Shown here in pieces: positions 43,998 to 58,079 of a stretch of DNA of 64,000 nt (position 1 is its first letter; each line of letters opens with the position of its first letter). The notes under the pieces were generated by a model. That model had not been told where the DNA came from, ran no database searches, and saw only the letters and a program-made list of their open reading frames with translations. The position numbers were made by a program, and so were the translations under genes. Origin of the DNA: Blepharisma stoltei ATCC 30299 (taxonomy: Eukaryota > Protista > Ciliophora); NCBI GenBank assembly GCA_965603825.1, contig CBFDEM010000043.1, positions 434,001 through 498,000 of the forward strand, read 5' to 3'.

Positions 43998-45698
43998 CTA
44001 CTGTTTATTTGAAACTGCGTTATTCGGGCTTTCCTTTTTGAGGTCTTCGTTAAAAATTTGGTATAAAGGCGAAATATGTTTCTTTTGTAAATTGCTCTTT
44101 ATCGACTCGAATTTTTTTAAATTTCTAGCATTGTTTGCGGAGTCATCAGGATTTTCACCATATAATTCTTGAGAAGATAATACAAAGTTATCTCTGATAT
44201 AATCTGAATCATAAGATTCGTCAGAATTTTTTTTGTTTATAAGTTCTCCAGTAACGAAATCTTCAAGATTCAAATGTTTTTTGTTTACTTTTTTCTTATA
44301 CTTGATTGAGTTATCACTTTTTGAATGCTCCCCTTGGCTGAGCTTTGCTTTCGGTTTTTGGTTCCTATCAGTCTGGAATTCGTATCCAAAATCCGCTTGT
44401 TTATATCCTTTGCCTATTTGTTCATTTTTTGAGTCTAATCTGGCAAATATAGGAGTTTTCGTTCTTGCAGGCGTGATGTCTCTTTTTGTAATTGGTATCT
44501 TTTTTTTATACTTAGATGCTGAAGAAGACCTTGAGTATATTTGTTCAATGCTTTTATCTTTTAATGGAGATTTTCCTCTTGATGTAAAAGAACTGTCTTG
44601 AGTTTTATTTTGTAATTTTTGTTCTTTATTCATGTAGAACTGATAGCTCTGCTTTATATGCTGATACAGAGGAGACTCTGAAGGTATTAAGTCCTTTATT
44701 ATTTCATAAGCTTTAAAATATCATACATTGCTTTCAGTTCTTTTTAGTTCAGATTTATCAGTCTGATATAAAAACCGCAGCTCAGTTGCCATGCAGTAGC
44801 AAACAACTGCGATTAGGCAGATCTTCTCAAGCATCAGATCTCGGTTTAGCTCGCCGATTAAGCCTAATGGAGTTTTAACGTCTGTTGGAGTAATTGGGTC
44901 TATTGTAAGGACATCACTAATTTCGTATTTATAAATCCAGTCATTGTAATGCTGGACACCAAGGATTGATCTTAAATCAAGTTTCGGAACTTTAGCAGAG
45001 GTTGCTCTGCTATTTGATTTTCCATTAATTTTTTGGAGTAAAAATTCAAAAATATGTGAGTTCTTTTTCACCAAGTCTCCAAGATAGGCATCATGCTGCT
45101 GTTGAATAGTTTTGCCAGAAGATTGATCATTATTTCTTTTCTGCCTTATATAATTAGGTAATTTTGTGTTTTTAACTGTATAATATTGGCAAGCTTTAGA
45201 GCAATTCTGCATAAAAGAGATACCAAATTTCAATGCTTCTTTTGCATGATTTAATGCTAAATCATGCTTATTCACATGTGACATTATCGCACATATCTGT
45301 GTTTGAAGCTTGCACTGATATCTCTCTTTTCTAATTTTTTCTGTATAGTGAGACGGCTCACTCTGAGATTCATCTTTTGATGCTAAAATATTCCTAACAC
45401 TTGCATTATAAGCGCAGCCGTCTAAGTATGACGCGCATTCTTCATAATTTTGCAGCTTTTGGCAGCAGTAAGCACAGTTATGGAGAGTCAATAAAATCAT
45501 GTCTGGGTCAATGCAGCCACCTTGAGATGCTACAGCTTCTAACAGTTCTTCACAGCTTTTAAGTACTTTATAAGCGTCTTTTACCTGGCTTGATTTAATA
45601 AGTTTAAGAGATTCAGATGTGAAATCAGATAAATATTGAGAAACCTCACCTAAATAATCATTACTTTCTGATATTGATCTTTCACTTTCTGTCTCCAT
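43998..45698 (-). CDS. Hypothetical protein with TPR-like helical N-terminus and basic low-complexity tail
   Basis: ORFs join via TGA=W at 44721; LTLHNCAYCCQKL..YEE and QICAIMSH.NKHDLALNHAKEAL are TPR-like. Confidence 0.75.
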
Positions 45699-45751
45699 TT
45701 CTAAACAATTTTGAAAGTCTATAATAAATTAATTAACTGTGGGATTTACAA

Positions 45752-46999
45752 TTAGCTGGGAGACATTTCTTTGTTTATGTAAACTTGATGCTGCCTTTGA
45801 GTTACCAAACGTTGAACACGCCGCTTTAATTTGACATCTTTGGCTTCTTGCCTTATTTCTTTTATAAGATCTAGAGCTTCTTTTGTGAGGTCTTTCTTTT
45901 TGGAGTAGTTCATTTGGCTGATTCTCTTTTGTACTGTGTGCTTTATAACGCTTAAGTTTTCTGGTTCTTTTTTATTTGTTTTTGATTTTTCTTCTTTTTT
46001 GGATTTTTTATCGGGGTTGCTTTTACGCTTTATGTGCTCGCTTGTCCTGGGGATTATTCGGTCTAGTTCTGTAAAAATATATTGATTTACTGGAGACATT
46101 AAGTGGACTTTTTCTAGCAGCTTCTGTGCTTCTCATCGAGCCCTGAGTTCTGATTCTATTGGCTTTTCTATCTTTTTGTGTTTCGGGCGTCTTTTTTGAT
46201 GCAAAATTTGCTTAATGTCGCTAAGTATAGTCTGCTCTGGACAGATTTCATTAGGATCAAGCATCGATCTATGCTTAACTCTTCTATCCTGAGCACTTTC
46301 TTTTATTTCATTTACAAAGGTTTCTCCAAAAACTCTTTTATTTAATGCTACCAGCTGTGCTGTTTCAAAATCTGTTATATCCTGTGTAGTTACAAACAAT
46401 TGCTCACTTCTTTGTTTAGTTATAGCATCAGGGCTTGGCAATCTAGTTGGACTTTCACTTCTTTTTGGAGAGCCTAGCAGCGATTTTACTTTTTCATGTT
46501 TTAACGTAAGGTTAATGTCCTGAGTTAAAATTTTTACATTTTCTTCAAATTTTTTTTTCTCTCTATTAAATATATCATTGTGCAAAAATGAATTGAATTT
46601 TGTGGAAAATACTTTAGATTTTATAAATTTAAGATACCTTTTGTGTTTTCTCACATTAGATGAAGCTGATTTTCATGCTCCAACTAGTTCATCTTGTATC
46701 AATGCGCAATCGTTTATTATATTGGTAATTTTTCGATCCTGGTCTCTTTGCTGTTTGGAAATTGATCCTTTGGATGCAGTGGCTGTATAATCAAATTGAT
46801 TATCAGATTTAGTCATATTTCTTCTTCAAGACATTGACGAGGACCAGTAGGATGGTGAGCTTGAAACTCTACAATGAATTGAATTTTTGTCGGGGTGATC
46901 TGCAAAATAAGTGTTTTGTGAGCGAAATGGAGAAAGCTGTGAGTCCAAGGTTGAGTCAGAGGCACATAGGAAGTTCTTTGATTGATTTGGGGATGCCAT
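45752..46999 (-). CDS. Hypothetical basic protein, paralog A
   Basis: One frame with TGA=W; shares blocks with 47248-48510 (QDR.I..II.DC..I.DE..GA, D.ETA....LNKR.FGE.F, EI.PE.TIL.DIK, MSP.NQ.IF.ELDR.IP, KD.KLKRRV.RL.T.RQ). Confidence 0.8.
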
Positions 47000-47247
47000 T
47001 TAATATTTTGAGTATTTTATATAAAAAGTATTAGATTAAAATTTGTAATTTATAGCATGAATTAATTTAGTAAAAGACCAGAAAAACGAATTTGAAAATG
47101 GACTAAAAAAATTTTTGATCTCTAAATTTCAATAACCATATAATTTTAGTCGCAGATTCTGAGAGCTGCTTATATTACATTGCTTTTATTAATGTTTTAA
47201 TTTTACCTTCTATATGTGTCAGCTTTATACTAATAAAAGGGAAACTC

Positions 47248-48510
47248 CTAGAATACTTCTTTTTTAGTGTTACCTAAGTTTTGTCTTGCAGTTAGCAGCC
47301 TCTCAACTCTTCTCTTCAGCTTGAAATCTTTAGGCTCAATTTTGCAGCCTTTAAAAAGTTCCATTACATTTTTATCTAACACTTTTTTTTGAAAATAATT
47401 GCTTTGAATTTCCCCTTTTTTATTAAAGCTCTTTTTACCATAGCTTTCTTCTTTTCTATTGCTTTTATTTTTATTTTTCATGTTAAAATTTTTACTTTTG
47501 AATAGTGGCTGGCTCCTTTTATTGGCGTTTGCTATTTTTTGTGGAATCAGCCTATCAAGCTCATGAAAAATTTGTTGATTTAAAGGCGACATATGCTGTA
47601 TTCGCATTTTATCAAAAATCCTTTCTGAGCCCATTCTTGAAGGGAAACAAGAGCTATTTGGAGATTTTGCTTTTCTTGGGGAGTATTCACTTTTTTTAGA
47701 TATTATTGATTTTATATCAGTAAGGATAGTTTCTTCTGGAGATATTTCGCTCGCATTTATCATTGCTTTAGCTTTTGGGCTGCTTTTTTCAGGTGATTCT
47801 TTTATTTTTGGTGAAAAATTTTCACCAAAGCACCGCTTATTAAGTGATATTATGTGGGCTGTTTCTGTATCTATTAAATCTTCACTTGTAATAAAATAAT
47901 GATTTTGCTTATCTACATTTACTTCAAGATTGGGAAAACGGCTGTGATGTGCTTTCCCTTCTCTTGAAGGTGTTAAAAGTGACCGAACTTTATCATATTT
48001 TTTGTCAAGTTCTTCATTATGATGCAAGTTTTTATAATTTTCTTCAATTTTTTTCTTTTCTTTTTCAAAATAATCCTCATGTATTAAAGACTGAAATTTT
48101 TCAGAGTTCTCAATTTGGCTTACACTTAAAATATTTTTTCTTGTGACACTCGCATCTCTTTCAACTGATTTTCTCGCCCCTAGAATTTCGTCCTTTATCA
48201 TATCACAATCTTGAATTATACAAGAAATCATTCTATCTTGATCCATTTGAAGGTTATTTGTAGGAGATTTTGGGGTAAAGCACGTAAGGTGACGCTGGGT
48301 TTTTCAATTGTGGTAGCCAATTTTTCTTGTTGCTGTAGAAATGGATGAGCCTGATGAAGTGCTGTCAGCTCTTTCAAAAGGAATTAGGCAGCCGGCTTGC
48401 TGAGAAAGCCTTTTGAATTGTGATCTAAGATTTATGCTTGGCCGCTCTGAATTTGAGCATGATGAAAAAAAGGAATCTTTGTTAGCTTGCTTGGAGTTTT
48501 GAAAAGCCAT
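47248..48510 (-). CDS. Hypothetical basic protein, paralog B
   Basis: ORFs 48304-48528 and 47248-48246 join via TGA=W; homologous to the adjacent gene. Confidence 0.8.
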
Positions 48511-49665
48511 GGTGTTTAAGTTTTGCAATAATATTAGTTTTATAATATTTTTATTGTGAAAATAATAAATTATAACTCATTATCTCAAGCTATCTTTGGG
48601 AATCTTGATTTTAATTTTAAAACTAAATATATTTATACTTAAATCCGCTTGAATAATACAATTTTTTTAATAGTATTTTAGATATTTTGATATCGTAAAA
48701 TATCCAAAAGAAAATGGTTTTGATGATAATAGTTTTATGAAGTATTTGGGCAAAATTGAAAGAATTGAGATTTCTTTATTCATTTAGTCAAAAAATTGAA
48801 GGTTTAAATGCTTATTCGGATTGAAAAATATTATGCCAAATTCTTAAAATATGTAATTTTTAATTTTAGTATGCTCGACTTTTCATTAGCCAATTAATGA
48901 GAAATAGTATTAAACAAAATTAATTCTTAGAGCATATAAATGCTATTTTGTTTTGAATTGATAAAGATCCTTTGGCCTCTTTGAAATAAAAAAGTTTCGA
49001 AATAAAATGACTATTAAAACATTGACTAATCATATTTCGTATGAGATAGTTTTTAATTAAGTACCATGCGCTTAGTGTTTAGACTCGTTTTCGCATACAT
49101 CTTTTCTTCTTTAAACAAGATATAGTTATCTCTTATCAAAAATAATTTATGAAGAGAGTGCCTGAAGCATATACAAATATATTTACTTAAATTATTATGG
49201 TAGAACACCCGCCTATAGGAAGTGATAATTGTACTCTATGTCCAGCAGTAAGGCAATGACTTTTCTCTGTTATTGGTATTTATTTTACAGTCAACTATAT
49301 CAAATCAATGCCCTTTCCTACATGAAAATCTCACATAATTGGCTTGGTTTCACCTATTATCTTTTATGGGGCTGCATATACTCAATATCTTGCGAAATTA
49401 GCAGCTCGTAGAAGGTTCATAGAGCAGAGTCTACAGAATGATATCAAAGAATCCTAAATTAACCTTGTTATCCAATATTATAGTCAATCCTTAAACTTAA
49501 CTTAAATTCTTTAACCTTAAATTTGCTTTCTTAATATAAAGTATATTAATTTTGCAAGGCATCTCTATCAATAATGATTTTATTAATAGCCTAACTATCT
49601 CCTGCTTATTTCCCAAGATTTCTATCAAATTGTTTACCTAAATCAGCCATTTATAATTTGTGGGC

Positions 49666-50286
49666 ATGGGCATCTCACGTGATTCAAGACACAAGCGTAG
49701 AAAGACAGGAGGGCGTATGCCAATTCACAAGAAAAAGAGAGCTTTCGAAAAAGCAAGACAGCCAGCAATGACAAAATTGGGTGCTAAACGTATTCACCTT
49801 GTCCGTGGCCGTGGAGGAAATTCCAAATACAGAGCCTTACGCTTAGATGCTGGTAACTATTCTTGGGCAAGTCAAAATGTTACCATAAAAACACGTATTC
49901 TCTGGGTCGTTTACAACGCTACAAACAATGAACTTGTCAGGACCAATACAATCACCAAAAACACCATTTTAGAAGTCGATGCCACACCATTCAAAGCTTT
50001 CTTCTATAAGACTTATGGCCAAGACTTAGGAAAAGTCAAAAAAGAAGAAACTGCGACTAGATCAGCGAAAGCTCAAGAAAAATGGGAAAAAATACAAAAA
50101 GAGTGGGAAGAGAATGCTAAAGAAAAGAGAATTGATCCTATATTAGAAAATGACTTCAAAACTGGAAGACTTTTGGCCTGTGTCACTTCAAGGCCTGGAC
50201 AGAGTGGAAGAGCTGATGGATACATACTTGAGGGAGAAGAATTAGAGTTCTATAAGAAGAAGCTTGAAAAGAAAAAGACTAAATAA
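49666..50286 (+). CDS. RPS8: 40S ribosomal protein S8 (eS8)
   Basis: [60 protein letters not shown]. Confidence 0.98.
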   Translation: MGISRDSRHKRRKTGGRMPIHKKKRAFEKARQPAMTKLGAKRIHLVRGRGGNSKYRALRLDAGNYSWASQNVTIKTRILWVVYNATNNELVRTNTITKNTILEVDATPFKAFFYKTYGQDLGKVKKEETATRSAKAQEKWEKIQKEWEENAKEKRIDPILENDFKTGRLLACVTSRPGQSGRADGYILEGEELEFYKKKLEKKKTK

Positions 50287-50433
50287 ACCTTTTCAGTCAC
50301 ATCTTTTGTATAAGTTTATGTATTGAAATAAATGTGATAATTTTAGAAAAATGCAAACAATTGCTGAGAAGGTTAGGATAAATGCTAGTTTTGATAAAGT
50401 AAGTTTTGAAGCAAGATTAAGAGATATAATTAA

Positions 50434-50709
50434 TTACCAAAAGACTGTTACTTTAGTAGGACAGTGGCTGTCTGAGTGAGTTTGCTCATCGCATTTATAT
50501 TCCTCCTTATTTTCGACCTTCCTTTTACCTTTAATAACTTTTGGTTTACGAATAGGATTTTGGCTCTCATTAGCTTTTACTTCCTCAAGATTTGTAGAGT
50601 TTTCAATAAGATCTCTTTTATTTTCTGTCAAATTTTCAACTGATTCAGCCTGCTTATCTTTTTCTTGTACTTCTTCAAGATTTTTGTTGAGCTCATTTCC
50701 AACTTCCAT
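50434..50709 (-). CDS. Small hypothetical Glu/Asn/Lys-rich protein
   Basis: 91-aa ATG-TAA ORF, low complexity. Confidence 0.45.
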   Translation of the reverse strand: MEVGNELNKNLEEVQEKDKQAESVENLTENKRDLIENSTNLEEVKANESQNPIRKPKVIKGKRKVENKEEYKCDEQTHSDSHCPTKVTVFW

Positions 50710-51158
50710 TTCTAAATAAATATTCCAAAATAATTCAATTTTTTAAAAGGACTTTTCGAAGATACTCAGAAATATTTTCATCAGAGGAGGAGCATGCTAA
50801 TTTGCTTATAAATTAAAATTAGATTGCTGAGACTTGATTATAATTTTAATGTTATATATATGGAAGAAAATAAGGCAATAATAAATCCAAGATTTAGCAT
50901 AAGGAAACTTTTATTATATTAATTCAGAATTAGAATTATGGATTATTTTGAGATTTTGATTATAGGTTTAATTAATAAATTTTTTATTCAAATTTTAAAA
51001 TAATATTTTTTGAACGCGCAATTCTTAATATTACTAATAATGGTAATTTAAACTATTTAGGTAGATCTAGAAAGTATATTAGAAATATATTAATAATTAT
51101 TCATTCCTTAATATCAAAACCTAAATACCTGAGAAGATAAATTCATTTATATCAATAA

Positions 51159-52130
51159 ATGGAATCTGCAGAAATCCAATGACTTGGAAGCCCAGGGTAT
51201 ATTGGCCCTTACAGAGAAGATAGAGACCCTTATACAGAAATTTATAATGAGCTTAAAGATCTTTGACTTGACTCAAATAAAGATAAAAGTGAAAAATTCA
51301 AAAAGGAAAAATTTCAAAAAAATCTAAAAGTAAAGGTCAGTCCTATCCTTTTGAATTCTAGCAAAGCTGAAGAACTTGACATAACACCAAATAGCAATTC
51401 AAATGAAACTTCTGAAGGCAAAAGTTTTTTAAACCCTGTTATTTTGCCTGATTCCCCTACTTACTGCTTTGCAATTAAAGAAAATGGTATTTATGAAAAT
51501 ACAATAAAAAAGCTGAGGAAATTAGATGATGAGCAGAATAATTGCTATATATTCGGGATAACCCCTCAGCTTGCTAATGAAGATCCTGAGTCCAAAGAAA
51601 CCTCACATGAAATGAGAAAATCTGTAAAAACAGCTTATAGACTAGTCCAGTTATATGGAGTTGGAAGTGACGCGATGAGATTATACATGCTAGATTGTGA
51701 ATATTCCAGCAAATTAAGAATATTTGAAGCAATTCAGTGGCTTGTTAAAACTTGTGACCAGCATCCTAATCAGCAAGTTTATCATGGTCTAGGTTTTTCT
51801 CTAAATCTGGAAGAATTAAGGGCTTCAATTAGTCTTCATAAAAAACTCCACAACTTCAATAAGCTCGATTATGATGAGAAATGCGAAATTTTAGCAGAGC
51901 TAAAATTTGAAGACAGATTACCATGGACTTATGAAGTGTATACAGAACTTATTCATAGATATCTTACAACACCTAAGAATGAATATTTCCAAATCTTGAA
52001 TGATATCATTACAATTGAAATGCGTTATAGTTGCATGCCTAGAATAATGAATAACAGAGAGTGAATGATATTAATTAGTGATAAAGTTCTTGAGCTTGCT
52101 AATAAGCTGGCAAGGTCAAATAAATGGTAA
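51159..52130 (+). CDS. Hypothetical protein (323 aa)
   Basis: The track ORF 51351-52064 extends to ATG 51159 and TAA 52130 through three TGA=W. Confidence 0.75.
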
Positions 52131-52482
52131 TTATGCCTGTTTAAATAAAATAGCATTTTTGGTTAATTATACTTAGAGCCATGATTATTTATTAATGAAA
52201 ATTGCTTAAGAGACACCTAATTTCATAAAAATTAGTAGATTTTTGCCAGTAATATAACATTTTTGTTCTACCTTTTTAAAAAACTTAAAAGAAATAAAAA
52301 ATCAAAGACATGAGCTAGAAATTAATGCAATTTCCATAATAATTAAATTTCCCCTTTAAAAGAAATGTCAGAAATGAAAAGAAATTCATCATTTCCATAG
52401 CAATCTCGCCTAAATTAAAAATCCTATAGCTCACATAATAAATTTTTCAAAGTAAATTTAAGTCATTTTTATTGGTGCAATA

Positions 52483-55400
52483 ATGATAATTTGTACAGCG
52501 TATTTTCTTTTAAGTTTGATATATCTTGTGCACGCAGCTGACTATACAATTTTTCCCCAAGCGTATTCACAATTCTTTAACGGTTCTTCATCAGAGCTAG
52601 ACATCACTTTATCAGAAGCTTTTTTTTCTGGGGAAGAATGCACAGGCCAATTTGGGATTTCTCTTTGGGTCAAAATTGTCGATTCCACTATTAGTGGTGA
52701 TATTTTCAACATAGAAAGACCAGTGTATGAAATATTTAGTTCGACCTTTACATATTACAATAACTTTCCAGAACTTTATTATTCCTCGAGTACATTGAAA
52801 ATTATATGGAATAACCCTGATTATAGTGTAATCAGCCAAACTTTATCTCGCTCAATTGTAAAAAATATATAGACGATTTCAACAAATTGGATTTTTGTTG
52901 GAATTTCCGCAAGTTACCCTGACAAAACTGTAGTGTTTTGTATAAACCAAGGAAGTGGCTCAACTTGTAGCAGTGGGTCTTGAAATGCCCAAATCGGAAT
53001 TTCGTTTGATTCAGTTTTGATAATGGGAGGAAGTGACTCTTTTACTGGAAGAGTGGGAGATTTTAAAATTCATAATAATGAATATTTACAATTAGCAGAC
53101 TGGAATACTCAATATACATTAAGAAGCAGCTGCGGTTCAACCGGATGTGGAGAGTCTAATATATGCTACTCACAGGCTAATCAATGGTGTGGGTCATATT
53201 TGGCTTTAGTTCAGCCTTCTTTGTGGACAAGCAGCCCTTATTTTACAGTTTCTTCAACACAAACTAGCAAAATTATTACATCCACTGACGAAGTTTACTT
53301 TGGAAAGACTTTATCATCAGCTTTGAGTGCTTCTACAAGCTTATCTGTCACAGGGTGGATAAAACCTAGTTCTACTTGTGGCTCAGGAACTACAATTTTA
53401 AAAATCATGGCAAATTCAGGCACCCCTTATGCATCTTCCAGCAATATTCTTAGTATAAATATGGCAAGTACATGTACGCAAATGGAGGCAACAATATATG
53501 ATAGTTCAGCAGCGTCCCAGCAAACAATTCCAGGATTTGCTCCAGGTGGTGTAACTACTCTAAAAAGTGTATGGACATTTTTTGCAGTTACTTCGGATGG
53601 AACAAATTTTGTATTATACATAGGAACTTCTTCAATCCCAGCATCATCCTCTATGTCTGCAGGACCTACAGCTACATTAGTGCCTAATGATATTTGGATT
53701 TTTGTAGGAGGAAGCGATACAACCTCATTCAAAGGAGATTATGCTGATTTAAGGCTGTATCCAGGAACTGCCCTAGCAGTAGCAGATATCAACGGTATTT
53801 ATGGCAGCTCTTCAGCATTTATGGATCCAGTATGCACTTCATTTTCTAGTATTTGGACCTGCCAAACATGTCCAAGTGGTTACTATATAGTTGGAGCAAT
53901 GTGCCAAAGTAAGATATAATTAGAATGCCATCCTTCTTGTGCTACATGTACAGCTAATGATGAAATTTCCTGCAGCTCGTGCTCTGCAGGAAACTATAAA
54001 CAATATGGTCATGCATTATTGTGCTTTGATTATTGTCCTATAGGCTTCACAGAGGACACTTCTACTAATTCCTGCACCGGAACACCAGGAGTCAGTCTAA
54101 ACCTTAATTTTGAAGACAATTTAACCGGAGATTTTTCTCAATCGGACGTCCTTATCCAATATGGACTCAGTGCAGGGACTTATTATCCTGATTATGATTT
54201 CCAAGACCCTGCCCCTGCAAATAAAAGAGGGATTTATCTAGAAAGAGGAGGGCTTCAAGTCATCCCGAAATCTTCAAGCCAGACTGGAAGAGTTATGGGG
54301 ACTGATTTCACTATTGAACTATGAGCAATGCCAATGCTATCCGGGACGTTTTTTTCTTCTTTTACAAGCTCAAAGACATGTGTTTACTATTATTTCAAAG
54401 AAAGCTGCTCCTGGAAGACATCGAATCCAATTGTGTTTGAAATTGATGATTATGGAAGGATGGTCGTGCATTTGGTCAATCAGGATGGGACTGGCCAAGA
54501 TTTATACACTCCTTCTGTAGTCAGCAGTTTTTCTCCTTATGAGTGGGCTCTTTATGCAGTATCTCTCACTTTTGATGATTCCATAACGACAACATCAGTC
54601 AATATTATGAGAAATACTTTTTCCTACACTTATTCTTCTATTTCTGGCTATTTCAAAGAAACTAGTAATATGCTTCATTGGATCGGCGCATATAGTGGAG
54701 CTGCTAGCTATGTAGGCTACATTTATAGCTTTGTGCTCTATAACTATGGCCGCGCACCATCAGTCGTCCAAGGAGGCTTAGGATCTTGTACCTGCACCGC
54801 ATGTTCTGCAAGTCTAGGGTACTGTCTCCCCACATGTACCAAAAAGCAGTACGTTGATGACAATAATTTATGCCAAAGCTGTGACAGTTCTTGCAGCCAC
54901 CCTTGTAATAAAGCAGATACTTGTAATCTTTGCTATGACGATTTATGCTATGAATGCTCTCACTATGGGCTCGGTTATTGCACTGAATGCGTTACACATG
55001 CAACTTTATCAAGTGGGTCTTGTCATTGCTCCTCTGGCTATGTAAAACAAAATTCAACCTGTGTAGATTCCTGCGACGATGGCTACTATGTAGATTTAGC
55101 TGCTGGAGCTTGTACACAATGCCCTTCACATTGCAAAAAATGTGACGCATCTACCTGTTTTGTATGTTTTTCTGATTTTATTATAAGTGATGGCATCTGT
55201 ACTTGTGCGGATGGCTGGTTTTCGACTGAAAATGATACATGTGAAGCCTGCGACACTTCTTGCAAAACTTGTTCAGTAGTTTCTTCAAACTGCACCTCAT
55301 GTATATCTAGTGCCCCTGTCCTCTATGATGGAAATCAATGCTATCCTTGTTCCTCATTCCAAGGTTATGGGTACACTTATGCAGTTTCTATCAGTAGCAT

Positions 55401-57351
55401 GAGTACATCTTTATTAACCCAATTAGCCCAAAAATGCACAGAAATCTGTGGGGATGGAAAACATATGGGCCAAGCTCAATGTGATGACGGAAATAATAGA
55501 AGTGGAGATGGGTGCTCATCTGTATGTATAGTAGAAACAGGATGATCTTGCTCTGGTGGGACTTATACGACAAATGATGTCTGTATTGATACAACTCCTC
55601 CTGAACCATCTTTAGCTTATATGAGTGAGACTAGCTCTGGGTATTTGCTTGGGCTTACTTTTAGTGAGCAGATTAGTGTATTGATTGAAATGGGAAAAAA
55701 TATAGAAATTGATGTGGGCGGGGCAAGGAAATTCGATTGGTCGATTAATTTGAATAATTTGGTTTATATTATTACGCTGAAGATGTATGAAAATGTCGCG
55801 ACTGGAACTACAGTGACACTTAAGTTTGTGAACCCGAGTGGAATAGTTGATTTAAGTGGGAATCAAATGCAAAAAAGTACGGCAAAAACAAGTTTGCCGA
55901 CTTCGTTTACGTATTCGATGGGGGAGGCTACTACGACGACGGTAACTACTGTTGCTGGGGTTGCTGGAGCTGGGGCTATTACTGCTGCAGGGTTTGCATC
56001 GTGTGCTGGAGGAATGTTTAATCTTCAAGCATTGTGGGGAATGGTTGAAATGATGCAGCTTATAAATTATCTTATATTTTTGTCTCCTAAGTATCCTGAA
56101 AATGTGAAAACATTTTTAAGTGCCCTTGGTATTGCAAATGGAAACTTTTTGCCTAACCCATTTCAGATATATGCAGTAAAAGATGATCCCTTCCCAGATC
56201 CTCCAAAAGCATTTTATGACGAAAATTTTAACACCGATTTCTTTATGAATGCTGGGCAGTTTATTTTGTTATGGATGGTCATTTTATCCGGTATGCCATT
56301 AGTCTTTCTCGGTTACAGATATTTCCCAAAATTCAGACTAATAAGATGGCTAAAAAATTCCTATGCATTCTCCGTGCTCCTCAGAACTGGTATTGAGTCG
56401 TTCTTAGAAAGCACTCTTGCAGTTTTTCTTCAATGAAGACATCTTGTTAGGCCAAACCAAGATATCGGTTACGTTTCAATGACTTTAAGCTTTTTGACTT
56501 TTATTTATCTTATGTTCACCTTTGGATTAGTAATTTTTAAAGTAACCAGAAAAACTGAAAATGTCCTAAAAAAAGAAAACCATGAAAGAAAATATGGGAC
56601 CTTATATGATAGCTTTAAAAGAAATTCAAGAATTACTTCATCGTTTTTAATGTTTCAAAATGTCAGAAGAGTTGTTTTTGTGCTACTATGTGTATTTTTA
56701 TATGAGTATACAACAGTTCAAGTAGCTTTGTCTACTTTGGTCTCATTTGGGTACACTCTTTCACTTATTTTACTAAGACCTTTTGAAAAATCAGTGTTAG
56801 GAAATGCTATCAATATTGGCAGTGAGCTTCTTTATTTTGCTGCACATTGTATTATACTGAAGTTTTTAGATGATCAGCTAACAGACTCAGAAAGAGATGA
56901 TCTTGGCTGGGGAGTAATTGCTTTATTAGCATCATCTTTAACTCTTCATTTAATAGCATGTCTTGTAACACAAATTCTTGATATCATTAATGGAATGAAA
57001 AAATGCAAGACTTGGTTCATGAAAAACTTTGCAAATAAGTTTGCAAGATTCTATAAAGGGAAAGCAATGATTGATACTATTGTTTTGGATAATAAAGTAG
57101 AGCTTAAGAAGAAAACTCAAAAAGTTGGGAAAACACTAGGAAATAATAACGAGAATTTAGCATACTTTGAAGGCAAAAAAACTGGAATTGTAGACGATGA
57201 TCTGAATTTAAATGATACAAAAATAAGACCTGCTGAAGAAGACAGCCCGTTTGAAGAAACTATGGGAGATGAATCATTCAAGAAAACTTCAAAATCAGAA
57301 AGAACTGAGGAGATTTATTCTTTGAGGAGAAAGAAAGTTCTATCCCCTTAG
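52483..57351 (+). CDS. Giant receptor-like membrane protein, copy 1 (~1612 aa): signal peptide, LamG/ConA-like domains, furin-like Cys repeats, Myxococcus Cys-rich repeat, multipass TRP/Flc-like domain
   Basis: Six track ORFs share one frame, joined by TGA=W and two 15-nt introns: SLWVK, SVTGWIK..WTFFAVT, FTIELW, CHPSCATC, EICGDG....QCDDGN..SGDGCS..C.VETGWSC, KYGTLYDSFK, LLRPF. Confidence 0.88.
52858..52872 (+). other. 15-nt spliceosomal intron GTAAAAAATATATAG
   Basis: Removes an in-frame TAG; same position as the paralog intron at 58434. Confidence 0.9.
53909..53923 (+). other. 15-nt spliceosomal intron GTAAGATATAATTAG
   Basis: Removal yields CQ-K-CHPSC; same position and phase as the paralog intron at 59509. 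Confidence 0.92.
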
Positions 57352-58079
57352 TTTATTAATAAATATAAAAAAGTATTTATTAAATGTAAGAATATTAATG
57401 AAATATGATTAAAATCCAAATACATGATAAGAAATAATTTAAAAATCCGTTGATTTCTGATATTTTGAATAAAATATAATTTTGATCTTATATTAAATAA
57501 ATCAATATTTTATTGTAATATATTGCTTAATAGCTAATATGATATGCATAAATCTCTAATATTGAACAAATTTATTTTCTATAGATATGCTTAATTTTAT
57601 TTTAACATAAATTCAATAATGCTATTATAAAAAAACTCTTATAAATATTTTTTGAATGATTTGAATTAATTCTCTTTATAGTTGTTGCATAATTATATTT
57701 ATTAGGCATTTTAATATTAATATTCTTATAAATTTAAAAGATGCTTATTTAACCTTAGGCCTCAAACAGCTTTTCTCAATTTAATACTTTTTACCTTTTG
57801 CAGAGCTCTTCACCTAATACAAATCTTTGAAAGATGAACACCAGCCAAAGTCGCTCTATAACGATGGAAAATTTTCATGATAAAATTAGTTAATAATAAT
57901 GATCAAAGTTCAGTCTTAACTACTGATAAAGAAAGACACTAGACAGGATCGCTTTAACTTTAGCTCAATATTGCATTAAGATTCAAAATTTAATCATATA
58001 TATTTTTAATTTTTCTTAAATCTTCCATATTTACTTAGGCTAAAAGTTTCCATATCGAATAATTTCAGTAATAACTATA

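Noticed and set aside
49229-49411. 60-aa ORF upstream of RPS8
   Set aside because: Non-ATG start, no motif, not coding-like.
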